From: Okamejei kenojei
Taxonomy: Eukaryota
Direction of reading: 5' to 3'
Length of the DNA: 64,000 nucleotides
NCBI GenBank assembly: GCA_035221665.1
Contig: CM069149.1
Location: 35,402,001 to 35,466,000, forward strand
The notes under the pieces were generated by a model that was not told the DNA's origin, did no database searches, and was given only the letters and a program-made list of their open reading frames with translations. Positions 50,280 through 64,000 of the stretch are shown piece after piece; within the stretch, counting starts at the first letter, position 1; each line of letters opens with the position of its first letter. A program made the position numbers and the translations under genes.

Positions 50280-50830
50280 TAAGTCACTGAAATTAGTTGA
50301 AATCGGATGAATAAAATGCATAAAGCACAAGTTTAAAGCCTACAAATTACCATTTTTGTCTCTTTTGTATCTCTTGTGTCTTGGGTGATTTCTCTTCTGC
50401 ACTTAAAAATTGATCACCCTGCACAGTTTGTTTCCAAGTCTATGTAGTATTTCAGATTTTGCAAAATGTCATTCTATCGTGAATTGTTTATTGCACAGTG
50501 GGCAAGTCTATCTACCATTCTTGTCAGCTCCTTGAGCCTGTGTTGTCTTGTCAACCAATTTCATGGAATACAATCCTTGTTAGTGCAATCTAAGTTTGTA
50601 ATTTAATCCCTGGAATCCAGGTGTCATAAGGCAAACTCATGATGCTTTTGTGTCAAGGCCAGTGTGTCTGTTCTAAGGTGTGGTGCCCAGACCTGCTTGC
50701 GTGATTAAACCAGGGCTCTGTATAGCTGCGGCATACATTCTGCCTCTTTGCATTCTGGTCCTCCAGATGTATCAAACGGTCAGCATTGCATTCTGTTATC
50801 TAAGATTTTCTGAACATGTCTATGACATTT

Positions 50831-51069
50831 TTACCCAGAGAGTTGTGAATCTGTGAAATTCTCTGCCACAGACAGCAGTGGAGGCCTATTCACTAGATGT
50901 TTTCAAGAAAGACTTAGATATAGCTATTTGGGCTAACGGAATCAAGGGATATGGGAGAAAGCAGCAACGGGGTACTAATTTTGGAAGATCAGCCATGATC
51001 ATCTTGAATGGCAGTGCTGGCTCAAAGGGCTGAATGGCTTACTCCAGCACCTATTTTCTCTGTTTCTAT
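50831..51069 (+). mobile_element. CR1 LINE 3' fragment
   Basis: Same tail sequence as 15756-16045. Confidence 0.85.
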
Positions 51070-51934
51070 TTTAAAGATATACATATGAGTTCATCAGTCT
51101 TTTTTCAGAGCTCTGTATGACATTTCATCTGAAAATATTCTGCTCCTTTCTAGGTTCAATGTGAGGTACCCTCCCTATTGCTTCACTGAATTCCACTTGG
51201 CACAACGTTATCATATTGTTAATATCTTGTAATTTTATGCTTTCACTCCTTCTGATATCAGCGTTCCTTGTCTTTGTGTCCTTAGATCACTTTGGATGAT
51301 GGCCTTCTATCTCATTGTCCTAATTGTTAAAGTACAGGTGATTTATTTAGTGGCTATTATGGATCCATGCAGGACGTCAAAAGTCATTTCATACCCAATT
51401 GAAATACTTACAGACTCTCCCTCCTCTGTTTAGGACGTTCAGTCACTTGCTTGTCTCAACGATAATTTGCCTTGCATTGTATTAAATTCAATTTTGACTG
51501 ATTATCTGTTACAATGGACTTTAATTAGTTGTCATGTGAATTCAATTGCTCTTTGCCTCCATCTGAATCGAAACATTCTTAGTGACCAGGCATAGTTAAT
51601 GGAACTTGCTATTGAATGTAGTCAGTAGTCATTTGCCCTTCAATATTTACCATATTTGATCTGCATACAGCTGTAATTTGGTTTATTTAATATTTTGGCT
51701 ATTGTACTGGTGTTTCATGGCTGCACAGATTACTCCAATCTTAAATGGTAAAAAGCATGAATTATGACTGCCTTGGGAGTTAACTAACTGTCTGAATGCA
51801 TTTATTTTGTTTTGAAAAGCCTGTTTTTGATTCCAGTAATGTCTGATTTACAAAGTGCCTGTTTTTGGTGAAATGTGGTAAATTTGACTCTGCATTTTTA
51901 CTGTTTCACATAATTTCTGTGCTTTTTTTTGCAG

Positions 51935-52016
51935 TCGTACAAGATCATAAACTTTGCTCCCACGTTGCTTCAGATCATTGTGTCTGATCAGGTTGAATTT
52001 CCAGTTAGACAAGCCG
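51935..52016 (+). CDS. IPO8: Importin-8 exon 2 ([27 protein letters not shown])
   Basis: Poly-T gcag acceptor, gtaag donor; IBN_N domain sequence; phase 0 to 1. Confidence 0.96.
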
Positions 52017-53234
52017 GTAAGTTTAGGCTGCCTTTTGCAAAGATAACAGAAGAACCTAAGAACCTATTAATAAGTAAGCCATTTGGCCTTTCAAGTTTGC
52101 TCTGCTCTTCCATTCATGCAGATTATAGTTGACAATTCTATCTCAGTTCAATTTTCTTGCTCTGCATCCATATCCTTTGATTCCCTTATTGTCCAGAAAT
52201 CTATTGATCTTGATGTCAAAGCAACTCAGTGACAGAGCCCACATAGCCTACATAGCCCAACAGTGAATCCCAAAGATTTGCCACCCTGACAATGAAAACT
52301 ATTCTCCTCAACCCTAAAGGGGCATCTGTGCACTATGGTTCTAAAATTCATAGCCAGGGGAAGCACCCTGCTGGCAGATTAAGCTCTAAGAAATTTGTAA
52401 ATTGTACTGAGATCAACTCTTATTCTTCTAAATTCTGGTCTAGTCTACACAGATGCTTGTGGGGGGTTTGTGTGTTGCTATCATTTGGAGGGATGTGCAG
52501 TGCTGGTAATATGAAGAGTTTTCCCTTTGATCCTTTTTGATAAATGAGTCTTTGTGTAGGGATCTGTAGTAAAGGCAGACTTAGGATGAAACATACAATG
52601 CTCTTCCATTTGATAAGATTTAGATTAATGTAGACTTTTAATGGCATGAAAGGAAATCACTTGTCACATTAAGTCCTTGCTGGAACTCTTGTTATGAGTT
52701 ATGTAAGCAGCCCGACCACACCTGTTTCTGCAGACGCTGGCCTCCTGTATTCTCCAAGATGGATTCTGGTATATCTGTCCTGGTCAGATAGGATAGAAGA
52801 TCACCCTACTGACTTGGCATTCAATCAAAATAAGATATTTTTTGAGAGTGTATTAAGCCATCAGTAAATGCAAAGTCACATTACTGTAATAAAACTAGAA
52901 CTGATAGCCTGTCATAAGAAGTGCATCCAAAAATCATGTCAAACCCGAAAATAATTTTGTAAGAAAACAGGTACTCAGAGTTGCCTAGAAAACGCGTTGA
53001 AGGAGTTTGAGGATGCAATTGCAGATGTTGGTAAAAGGCTTAATGTCATTTTTATGTGAGAATTTGAGAAGTTTGAAAGAGATAAAATGTGGTTTTAGTT
53101 GCACTGCTAATCTCTACCCTGTTACAGAACTGATGGCAGGCATATGATAACATGATCTGGCCGATGGAGGTGACTGAGTGTATTTAGTGTCTCAGTGTTG
53201 GGCATGATGGCCTGGAAAAGATCTCTGGCAGATT

Positions 53235-53830
53235 CATATAGCAAAGAAACAAGCCCTTCGGCCCACCATGTCCATGTTGACTTTTCTGCCCATTGACTCC
53301 TATCCCATTAACCCACATTAAGACAATATCCTTTTATGCCCTGCCCATTTAATTGTCTGAATGAGTGCCTCTTAAAAGCAGCAATTGTGTCTGCGTCTGC
53401 CATCTCATCCAGCAGTGTGTTCCAGATAGCAATCACTCTGTGTGAAGGGGATAAAACTCACTCCTCAGATTCTCTTTAAAACTCCATTCTCACTTGAATG
53501 CCCTTTTGTTGTTGATACCCCTTCCTTGGGGTGTCAAAATACTTTTATGTGTACCCCATCATATTCTTATGTAAGTCTATCAGATCACCCATTGGGCTCT
53601 TTTGCTCCAGGGAAAACATGCCCAGCCTATGTAATCTCTCCTCATAACAAAATTCTTGCAGCCCAGGCAGCGTCCTGGTGAATCTCCATTGGAGGTACTC
53701 TCTCCATAAGAATTGCATCCTTACAACATACCAGAACTGCTCACAACACTCCCAAGTGTGGCCTGACCCGTATTTGTAAAGGTGCGACATAATGCCCCAA
53801 CTCTTATATTCTGTCCCCTGGCCCATGAAG
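53235..53830 (-). mobile_element. Old CR1 LINE 3' fragment
   Basis: QWRFTRTLPGL...YEERLHRLGMFSLE in ORF 53545-53886. Confidence 0.78.
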
Positions 53831-54628
53831 GCGTATATTCTATGATGCTGGCTTGCTCGCGTATTTGAACAATTTTGCAAAGGCACTATTGATGTTATCT
53901 CCCTGGTTTTTCGAGGTGTTTTCTGTCGGTAATCTAGATGGTAGGTGGGGTAATCACTAGAACCTAACGGACTATGAGTTTTATGTCAAATTCCTGTCAT
54001 CATTTTCAAGCGCCTATTAAAACGCCCTTAAAAGCTTTGCTTACTCACTGAACGAGAAGCATGGTTGATGTCCTCTTTGCCGAGAAGCAACCATTGATTC
54101 AGAAAGCACAATATTTTCAACTGGAGCTATCTTCTAAATGCCATTTCAGTATATCCCATAACTTATTTGCTTTTCAATTACTTTCAAATTACAATTTGTG
54201 TGGCAGTAGCTATGTATGTTATGAAAATGGTCAAGAGCAGACATCCTGACATTGCTCCATTCCCACCAACTTGGAGACAGTAATCTCAAAAGACCATCTG
54301 ACATTGGCTAACTTATTTCAGGCCATGCAAATAGATCGTTTTGGTCCACACTTTAGTATCAAACCATATGAATCGGATGCAAAGGTTATAGCTGGCACTA
54401 ACACATTGGTTAATCTCTGATGGAGAGATGGGAGAAATTGATCAATTAAAATATTTAATCATTCTGTGTTAGAATGTTGTAAAATACTTTGGAATTTGAA
54501 TTTTTATAATAACTTGAAGCAATTTTGATTTTAACTTGCGTTTGATTGCAATTGAATGCACTGAAAAATGTGGGGGTAGATTCATTCTTTAAATTGAATT
54601 TCTTATTTTCCTTTAAAATAATGTTTAG

Positions 54629-54785
54629 CTGCTATCTACATGAAGAATATGGTGACACAGTACTGGCCAGACCGTGAAGCTCCTCCTGGGGAAGCGATGT
54701 TACCTTTCAACATACATGAAAATGATCGGCAGAAAATTCGTGACAACATTGTGGAGGGGATCATTCATTCACCTGACCTAATCAG
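54629..54785 (+). CDS. IPO8: Importin-8 exon 3 ([17 protein letters not shown]...[16 protein letters not shown])
   Basis: ttag acceptor, cag|gtatg donor; phase 1 to 2; closely similar to vertebrate IPO8. Confidence 0.96.
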
Positions 54786-57700
54786 GTATGGGGCTCGAAG
54801 TAGAAATAGCAAACATTGAAATTCATTATTTATTAGTATGAAAGGCCAAGCTACATGTTAACAAATAAGAGAATACAATATCCATTATCAATGATTGGGC
54901 TACATATGAAGACTGGGGAGATGTGAGGTAAATGCAGTGGATGATATGAATATGAACATGCAGAGCACTGCAGTAGTCTCTCAGGCAACACACAATATGG
55001 ATTTTCGGCAAAGGGGGCAAAGCAGATTAAAAGGTTCTCGAGAAGAATTAGAGAGAAGGAGATAGAAGACATTTCATATACTAACTGCATATGGATAGTA
55101 ATGCTTATTAGATTTTTGTCCAGTTCTTTTGGATGTGCGCATTAATGAATTGGCTTATGAGCTGGAAGGAATGGCATTCAAATTTGCAGGAAATACTGAA
55201 ATAGAGGACACAATGTATAATTGAAGTGACACATTGCAGTTCTTAAAAGAAAGCCATTGTTCTTTAAAATGACGTTTGATGATAGAGAAGAGCCGGTTCA
55301 CAAGACATTGAAAGCAAATCCTCAAGCCTTTCAAATGCTAACAGAATACTATGCTTCATGGCATTTCATACTGAATTAAACTTGAGAAGTGTTGTTAAAT
55401 TTATATAAATCCTTGTTAAAACAACAATTGGTGTATACTGTTCTGCGTATTGGACGCCATACTAAATTACAAATATTTAGTCAGTATGAAAAAGTAGAAG
55501 GCCATTTGGTTCACCAAGTTTGTCCTGTATAATTGTGATAAATTTTGCATCACTACAGGAGTTCACGTTTCTTTCAATATCCTGGGAGAGACAAAATATC
55601 AATTAAATGCTGACTAATTAGGGAATCTTAAATTTGGAAATGAGCTGTCAATTTTATTACGGGGGTACTAATCTCTAAAAATAATAATCTAACGTTCAAC
55701 CTAATTCTGCCAATGTTATATGTATGTTTGACTCTTGGTTTTCCTAAGCTAATCCAATTGAAGTAATCCAATTTTTAGTAATCTAAATGTCCATTTAAGG
55801 CTGCAAAATCCAGTTCCTTCATAACATTTCTTCCTTGGTTAGTTCCTTCATTCCTTCCTCAGTTAGTTCATTCTGATTCACTAAGATTCTACCTAATATG
55901 GTGAAATAGGAAGAATAATTTTAAAAACCAGGACAAGGAAGAGTGGGGTGATTTGACAATTTAAAATTGTAAAGAAATGGGTCAGAAAAGAATGATGATT
56001 TCTAGTGAGTGAGGATTATGCAATGTGGTGACTTAATTGTAGATTGTATCTACAATATTTAGAACATAGAGTGAGATACCTAAAGAGTGAATTCTACACT
56101 CTTGCCACCCTCCCTCGGTTAGAATTAATGAATGTAATAGGTTTATTAAAGGTTATTAGACAAGAGGAATCACTCGAGAAAATCGGAATAAAGGAATACA
56201 TGGTTTTAAATCATGATTCATTGTCATGTGAAGGATTTTAAAAAAATGTCAGGTTGACCCAAATGGCTTGTTTTCATATTTCTTTGTGGAGAGATTATTT
56301 AGTCTTGAAAAAATGATGACACTTATTAGAGATCTGGTTCATGTTGACACTTTTTCCATATGCAAGTCATTATCATTTAGTTTTCTGCCCTCAACCTTTA
56401 CAATAGCAAGCAATAGTTATGGGCAATCAAAGTCATACAAAAAAAAAACAGCATTTGTTATCCAGGTGGACCATGGTAATTAAATTCATTTTTAGTTCTT
56501 ATTTGAGACATCTTTCTTTGTTGATGCTGCTTGAAATGGAAATAGCTATCAAAACAGCAATTACCTTGTTAAACTGTTCTGGTGTTCTATTGTGCACTGC
56601 ATTTTTTTTTTTCTATGAAGCTAGATCAAGAAAATTAACATGTCAAAAAACATTGGTAATATTGGTAATCAAAAGTAGAGTCACAGCAGGGAATTAAGTC
56701 ATTTGACTCATTGAGTTCATAACTGAAGCAATCCAGTTAGTCCAATTTTTCTCCTTCCAAAACCCTACACATTCCCTCCTTTTGGATATTTATCCAGCTC
56801 CCTTTTGAATACTAGTCATTGATATGCAGTTTTTGGCACCGTTTTTATTGCTCCAATTGCACAGCCTGGTGTGCAGTACTGCACATAAAGCAAACAAACA
56901 AGTATAATTTGCCTTTAACTGTCCCATTAATCCATTTGATCTGGTCTTGCCCCATCATAGACATTTCCTTCATCCTATCCAGTCCCTCATGACTACAACT
57001 TAAAATGACCTTATTTAATCTTTCTCCTAGTTCTGATCAGAAATTCAAACTAGGCTTCTCTTTTTATGATGTTGCCTAACCTGATGAGTGTCTCCAACAT
57101 TTTCTGCTGTAATTTATTTTGTAGCAGTCACCTTGTGTTGCTGTGCATCTTTTTATCTGACCTGGAATTGTAACGACCTACATACACGTTTTACTTTATT
57201 GTATGTTCATTTCTTCAAGTCTCAGGAGGCAGACAAAGCAATACAATGCGAGATGAGGCCAAATAGTTACGAAAACAGTGGTTACTCACTCAATTCAATT
57301 GATATAATCTACCTGTACATTGAAGCATAATTGAAGCCAAAATTGACTTATTTGATTATCATACTTTGTTTGATTTAAGTGGGGTCTAGATTTCTAGTAT
57401 TTCAGACTTCTTCAATTCCGTATTACATTTCTAATTTTGAATTTAAAATATTTGTCTGTCGTTCTTGTCCGTTTTAAAGAATCTTCTCCCTTTTTCTTTC
57501 ATCTCAGACTGATATGAATAATTTTTTCCCCCACCCAACCCCCTTCCCTGAATTAGTTTGAAGAATTTAGGTGAATTATTTGGACAAACTAAACTGCTAG
57601 AAAATGATACTCTCTAAAGTACTTTTTAGAGAAGTCTTCACTTGCACACTTAAGACATTTCACACCCCACTCCTACATTAATCTGAGTTGCAAAATGTCT

Positions 57701-58990
57701 CATATTTTGGTAAGGAAATAAACACCTACTTAATTATAGGTTTAAAGGAAGCCAATTTTACCAGACATTAAACAACAAATAAGTTGGCTTGAAAAAAAAT
57801 GTTTATTTTCAGCTCCAAAAAGCCATCTGTATTTATGAATCTGCTCCCCATTGACCTTATACCTCTCATCGAATTCCAATGAGTAACTCACAGCAAAGGT
57901 ATTTGGGTGCCCTCGTGCATATATCATTGAAAGATCGAAAGACCGATTAAATATTTCCCTGAAAATTATAAAATTAAAAATTGTCATGGGGGAATTTCTA
58001 GCAAATTCATAATAAAGGGACAGATAGCCTTAAGAATTTTGAATTTAAGAGGTTGAATAGTAATCAAAAAGTAAATAAGGCAGCTACATACAGATGCTCA
58101 TGTCTATAAATGTAATTAATAAATCAAATTGGAATGTAATAGAACAGATATGGTGAAAATGTTCTGCTGGAACAAATGAACAAAATTAGAGCAAACTATT
58201 TAGGAGTGGAATTCGGAAACATTCTTCACACAAATGGTTCTGTTAACCATGAACTCTGCCCCTGTGGCTGCTGGCCAAAATTGTTCAGAACTAAGGTAAA
58301 TAAGGATGTGGAATTGATGTTAAAATTAATAAAATAAAGTTTGATACTAAACTAGAGCAAATGAAATCTGTAAAATCTTGAGCCGAATCTCAACAATTAC
58401 AACAATAAATCACCACTTACATTAGATACCTAGCTAGTGGAGACAAAATCTTTCATTAATGAGGTTGTGAAATGTTTGAAGGAATGGAACTGTTGTTTTC
58501 TGAATTAATAAAGAGAATGACTGACCCTTTTTGTGTCTATGATCTTTAATGCTGCTTCTCTGAAAGTTGATGAATTAGTCCCATGTAACACAGCAACTAC
58601 AAACTTGCAGTTACCTGAACTTTCCATGGCTCCAATGTTAATATGAGTCAATGGTGAAAGAAAAAAAATCTCTTCTGATAATTTCAAATCTTTCTCTGGC
58701 CCCTGCCTTCACCACTTATCCCATGTCCTCCAACAGTACCTTGAGGATGCATTAAGAATAGAAAAAGGTTCAATACCCAGCACGAACATCTTGGCCCTCA
58801 CTGAACTGAGAATTAGAATGATCAGTGCATTCGAGCAGTGTGGAGATTTTTGTCCTTCATTCTGTTGCTGTCTAATTTTCACTTGGATGTGTGGTGCTTT
58901 TTTGAATACTTTAAAGTATTCAATGGTGCACAGTTATAAAATTTCTACGCAGATGATTGACTTACTTGCATGTAAATATCTTGTATGAAG

Positions 58991-59149
58991 GTCTCAGCTG
59001 GCTGTGTGTCTTCGTGCGATAATTAAATACGACTTCCCTGGACGTTGGACGGCAGTGGTAGACAAAATTGGCTTTTTCCTGCAATCTCCAAATAATGCAA
59101 GTTGGCTCGGCAGCCTGATGTGTCTATACCAGTTGGTCAGGACCTATGA
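58991..59149 (+). CDS. IPO8: Importin-8 exon 4 ([20 protein letters not shown]...LYQLVRTY)
   Basis: aag acceptor, gtgagt donor; 159 nt, phase 2/2; IPO8-like sequence. Confidence 0.95.
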
Positions 59150-61267
59150 GTGAGTATTCATGATGTGTGTGCTTTTGTCAGCATGCTGACTGAATCTTTG
59201 TAAAGGTAACTAAAAATAAAGGTGGGCCTGAATGTATGAGCAGGCATGGAGGCTGCTATGGTAGAATCTTTAATGCAAAATCACATTTTAAAAAAAAGCA
59301 AAGTCTAGAATATAGACAATCGAGCTATTTATTTTGTATGTAATAGTTCGATTTGGAAAACAATATTATTTGAAATTCAGCTTTTAATACCAAACAACCA
59401 TGTACAACTACAAATCCAAACATTTAAGCAATTGCCTTAATAACGTTTTTTTTTTCTCCCTGATGTAATGTCAGCTGCAAGTCTGTGCAGCAGGATCTTG
59501 CAACATTTTCCTCGAAACAAAGTGGACTTCCCGTGGAATTGCTGATGACAAACTATATATGACACAATAATTGAAAGACGTAATGCTCTGAGATTTGAAC
59601 AGAGGCAAAAGCAGGCTGTATAATAAATTCAACGTGAATTATGAGGGGTTTGGAGATGATTGATATTACCTAGCTGACGAAGGTTAAATTGAGCATTGGC
59701 TATGGTCAATGAGGCCAAGTGAAATGGTTTGTGGTTCCTAATTGCTAATTCGTATTTGGATTAACATTCTTTTGAATTGGCAGGGGCTGTTAATTAATAT
59801 TAATACACTGGCTGTTTATTAATAACTTTCAAATGTAAAACATCAAATAAAGCTGAAGTGTGTTACAGGTAATATGATGAGTATTTGTATGTTTGCCAGT
59901 GTGCTGCACTTTTGGAATTATAGATATTTACAACATGGAGGAGATGATTTATCCCATAGTTTCTGTGCTGGGTAAGGAAGAGCAATCCAAGCTAATCTCT
60001 CTTTTTAGTTCCTGGATTATGCATTTCAAATTGACAGCCAAGCATTTTTTTTTAAAAATAAAGAAAATTTCTACCACTTTTTCTGGCAGTGAGTTCCAGA
60101 TCCCCACTGCCCTCTGGGTGTACAACACTGGACCACAGTACTGCAGTACTTTTTTTTTCCCGTTAACCAGTATCTGTAGTTCTTTCTATATTTTGATCAC
60201 ATTGCCCCATTAATTCTTACTTGCTGCAGGAATCTGATCCAAAGCCCTTGCAATTTCATAGAACACAATAAATACCTTTCCCTTATTCTCCCCCCAAGGC
60301 AAAAATAAAAACCAGGTTCATCTAATTTTCTTTCATAGCTGATAATTTTCATTCTTGTAAAATCATTACAGATATCCTGTGTAACGTTCTAACAAAGACT
60401 ATTCATTATGTATTGGGATGCCGAGAACCTCTACATGTGGCCTAAGCAATGTTTAATAGTTCCAGCACAAGCTTCATGTTCTTATTTTCTGTGCCACGGC
60501 TTACTATTTCCCCATTTTTCTGCAAACTTGATTAATCGGCTAATTATTTTTGGCAGTGCCGTTCTTTCCCCCTCTACCGAGCATGGACTCATAGAAACTT
60601 ACAATACAGAAACGGCCCTTTTTAGCCCATCTAATCATGTGGACTCTGCAACTCCCATTTTCTAACATTAAACATGTAAAGCTCAACTCGCTACCCAAAT
60701 ATCTACCGAAATAGTTTTTAAACATGGTACAGGTCCACCACCGATTTTCAGCACCCTTGGTTCCAGAGCCTTTCTGGATTATCAGTTTTGCCAGATCAAC
60801 ATAGGTCAGGGCCTCCAAATGGAGTCAAACGTGCCATCTAAGCTGCCGAGGGGTCAAGGTAGCAGCCTACAAAATCACCCTTGGAAGTCGGCTATGGGAA
60901 TGGATCTGCTGGCTCCGGTTGGGCCATAATTCTAGCCCCCGGCCGCAGGGGGCAAATTCGACCTGCCCCTTGGCCGCTGAAGATGGTTATGGGAATGGAT
61001 CTGCTGGCTCCAAAACGAGCAAACTCCTCACATCAATTATTGCATTATTTCTGGTTCGTACAAAACTTCCCTTCCCTGGTCGTGGTTCTCCACTCCCTTC
61101 TGCACATCATTCACTATTTTCACATTACTCGCCCTACTGACAATGAATTGTATTTTTTCTTGCTGTATCTTGCATATTTGAGAATAGGCTTAGTAAGTTC
61201 TATCTTCTTTTAATTCTACTGTCTGTGTACTTGATGCTAAATCACAAATTTCAATGTCATTTTTCAG

Positions 61268-61424
61268 GTTCAAGAAGGCAGAGGAGCGAGATCCTCTGAT
61301 AGCAGCGATGCAAATATTTTTACCACGAATTCAGCAGAAAATTTTTCAACTTTTGCCTGACTCAAGCCAACTTTCAGTGCTGATACAGAAACAGATCCTA
61401 AAAATCTTCTATGCACTTGTTCAG
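61268..61424 (+). CDS. IPO8: Importin-8 exon 5 ([24 protein letters not shown]...[11 protein letters not shown])
   Basis: ttttcag acceptor, cag|gtatga donor; phase 2 to 0. Confidence 0.96.
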
Positions 61425-63510
61425 GTATGAACACATCCAGGATAGTCATTTAGTAACATTATTGCTCAACTAGAAGGTCAGGAAGCAAACCCTATCATGA
61501 CAGTTTCCAAACCTGAATTTCTCTGAAAGTAAACTACTAACATTAGTAGAAGTAACCCCAACTTATGATTACCTTAAAAAGAAAATGATCCGGGAAGAAA
61601 AATAGACTAGACTAAGACACCGATCTGCAACTCTCTAAATGCCCTTCAAACTGATCTGGTAAACTACTTAATCGCATTGAAATGAAAAGAATCAGTCTGT
61701 GAATTCAACAAATTTTGTCAATTGGGATAACATACCAGCAAAAGGGAAAAATATAAATTATGTTTCAAATGAATTGGCATTTCATGGAAGAACATTGACT
61801 TTCAACTTTGCCGATAATCTCCACATCTTCAAGTTAATTTTTAACTTCATTAATGCCAGATTTTAATAATGAATTAAAATATTCTGATGTGGACCTCTGT
61901 GTGGCATAATTTGCAGCTTCCGCATCAATATCTGAATCATTTCAAACCATTGTTATTCTGTGTCTACAGCCACATACCCTTATCCATTCATTTTATTCTT
62001 TGCGGGTCTTTGTGTTGAAATAGGCTGTCATGTTTCCTACAACATTATACTGATAATATTTCAAAGGAATGTGTCTGAGAAGCACTTTTTTGTCATCTTT
62101 TCGCTATGAGCAACAATTCTGCTGCAATTCTTTTAAAGGCTCTGATTCTTTTTGATGTTTTGGTACTTGACCCAGTTTATCATCTTGCAGTTGATAGGTT
62201 ATTTGAGTGGAAGTGCATGCTTGTCCACAGGAATGTGAATGTAATTCTCTACGCTTATTTTATTTATATACCGATACGATATTATTATGAAGCTTGATAG
62301 AATTCAACTTTATCTGTGGAGCTGGGATAGGGTATAGCATTTCAAGCATGTTATGATGTAGCAATGTTACTGCAGTTCGTGCTGCTGCCTCCACATCTCC
62401 AGGCACTTGCATGTTTGGAGTTTGCATGTTCTTCATATGACCGCATGGCTTCTCCCTTTCACCCACCCAGACGCTCATGTCCTAAAGATATGCAGTTTGT
62501 ATAATTGACCATTGAAAATTGCCCTAGTTAGGTGGGTGCTGGAAAGGTTGAAACAATGTGAAAATGCGAGAAAATGCAACAGAGATAAAGGGGGTAAGGG
62601 GACTGAAATTAATGCTTATTTTTAATTAAAATATGATATTGGGACCAACTGTACTATTGAAGTCAGTGTTTAAAGAAGGACCAGCTATTTGTTGAGACTT
62701 TGAAAAAGTACTGCTGTAACAGGGCATCTTTTATGTGCAATATAATGTTTTTCTGTACATATGTGCAAGTCAAACACACAAAACCTGGTCCCACAAAAAT
62801 ATTTTAGTTCCTAGTCCCAGTGAAGAAGCTATGGTATGGAAATAATTTTCAATCTGTGTACAAAATTCAGTTTTAGCAGAATTTACTCCCATTTCCTTGC
62901 CATCTCTTTTTTTTCTCCGCAGAAGGAATTTGAAAAGTAGTTGCCCTTAAATCTTGGCAGGTTTAAAATTGGATGAGTTCAAGCAGGCTGAAAATGGTGA
63001 AACTGCTAATTATGTAGAGCTGCACAGAGTTGTGCTATTTCTGTATTGCTAGCTTTATTCTACCAAGGCAGTGTTAGTCTCATGTAACTACCTGCATCCC
63101 CTCTTTCTTTTTCCCTCGCACAGCTATCTAACCTGTTATTAAAAGATGACATTTCTGTATACATTACTGCATCCTGCAGCTTCCTGTTCGCTGTTCAATT
63201 TCTTGCAAATAATCTAATATATCTTCCTGTGGGAAGAGATGTGGAAAATAAACCTCATCAAACAATTTTTCCAAGGGTGTTTTCCCTTCCCATTAATAAG
63301 TTACACTATTTTTAGATCGTTCATTTTGGCTCTAAATAGTGGAAAATTATTATTGAATCTTTATAATTTTGAGTGAAACTTAATGAACCTCTTATTAAAC
63401 ATAAACTAAATTAATGGAAAAGACTGCATTTGTAACTGACAATTTCTGACATTTCTCTTTTCTTTGGAGATCTTTTCTCCTAGGTTATCTCTCTTGCTTC
63501 TCCTTTCTAG

Positions 63511-63600
63511 TATGCACTGCCACTACAACTGGTAAATAAACAAACCATGACTCAATGGATGGAGATATTTAGAACAATCATTGACCGAGATGTACCTCCT
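63511..63600 (+). CDS. IPO8: Importin-8 exon 6 ([30 protein letters not shown])
   Basis: Pyrimidine tract plus ctag acceptor, gtaagt donor; 90 nt; gene continues beyond the window. Confidence 0.96.
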
Positions 63601-64000
63601 GTAAGTGTTCATTTTGTATGTTTATTTGGTTGGATTGAATTTATTTTCAGTTCATTAGATAGATCGTCAAAAAAAAAAAATATTCTTTCAGCCTCTCTTT
63701 TCCACAGTTACAGTTATGTATCTGTTGCTTCTGCAGTTGAATGTGTTCATGTGTGCGTTTATGCATCTTTCATATATCCTATTCATCTTTTCGTCTCCTG
63801 GCATAATCCTGGTTATTAAAGGTATTTTGGTCTATTTAATTTTCCATGAGAAATATGAGCTCAGTATGGTTACAAAATCCCAGACATTTTCATCATACAG
63901 GAACTTCCTGTACCCATTAAATTAGCTGAGATAGCTTTGAACTTTGGACGCATAAGTGACGATATCAGTCGATCGTCAAAAAATGACTTTTATTCATTGC

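Noticed and set aside
51715-51800. Possible intronic H/ACA snoRNA (the paralog IPO7 hosts SNORA23)
   Set aside because: Only a short CATGGCTGC resemblance; no convincing two-hairpin fold with H and ACA boxes by eye. An Infernal/Rfam scan would be needed.
60890-61011. About 26-bp direct repeat GG(C/T)TATGGGAATGGATCTGCTGGCTCC
   Set aside because: Appears to be an internal repeat of a truncated DNA-transposon-like fragment starting near 60728; no independent function evident.
35040-63600. Assignment as IPO7 rather than IPO8
   Set aside because: [21 protein letters not shown] and YALPLQLVN match IPO8 as recalled, and IPO8 is the CAPRIN2 neighbour.
63662-63983. 13-bp direct repeat GATCGTCAAAAAA about 310 bp apart (possible TSD)
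   Set aside because: Half of it is poly-A and the enclosed sequence shows no TE hallmarks; cannot be supported.

Overview
Eukaryotic (vertebrate) genomic DNA, most likely a cartilaginous fish (skate/ray), inferred from HE1-like V-SINEs and the CR1/Penelope repeat content. Two intron-rich genes lie head-to-tail on the + strand. The first is the 3' half of CAPRIN2: nine coding exons from 138 to 20975, ending in the C1q-domain exon. The second is the CpG-island promoter and coding exons 1-6 of IPO8 (importin-8; ATG 35040, exon 6 ends 63600). This is the same neighbour order as in mammals, and exon phases chain correctly in both genes. Introns and the intergenic gap hold decayed TEs: a TSD-bounded Vingi-like LINE, CR1, L2 and Rex-Babar fragments, Penelope-like elements with hammerhead-ribozyme-like motifs, Harbinger-type MITEs, a Tc1 transposase relic and SINEs. 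Most ORFs in the supplied track are spurious or TE-derived. The most notable observation is a candidate second CAPRIN2 terminal exon (29554-~30260) that would give a C1q-less protein with a CAPRIN1-like tail. Others are a four-copy composite CRE motif in the IPO8 promoter, a stop-introducing alternative acceptor before IPO8 exon 6, and hammerhead-bearing mini-elements. Protein and family comparisons are from memory, not from database searches.
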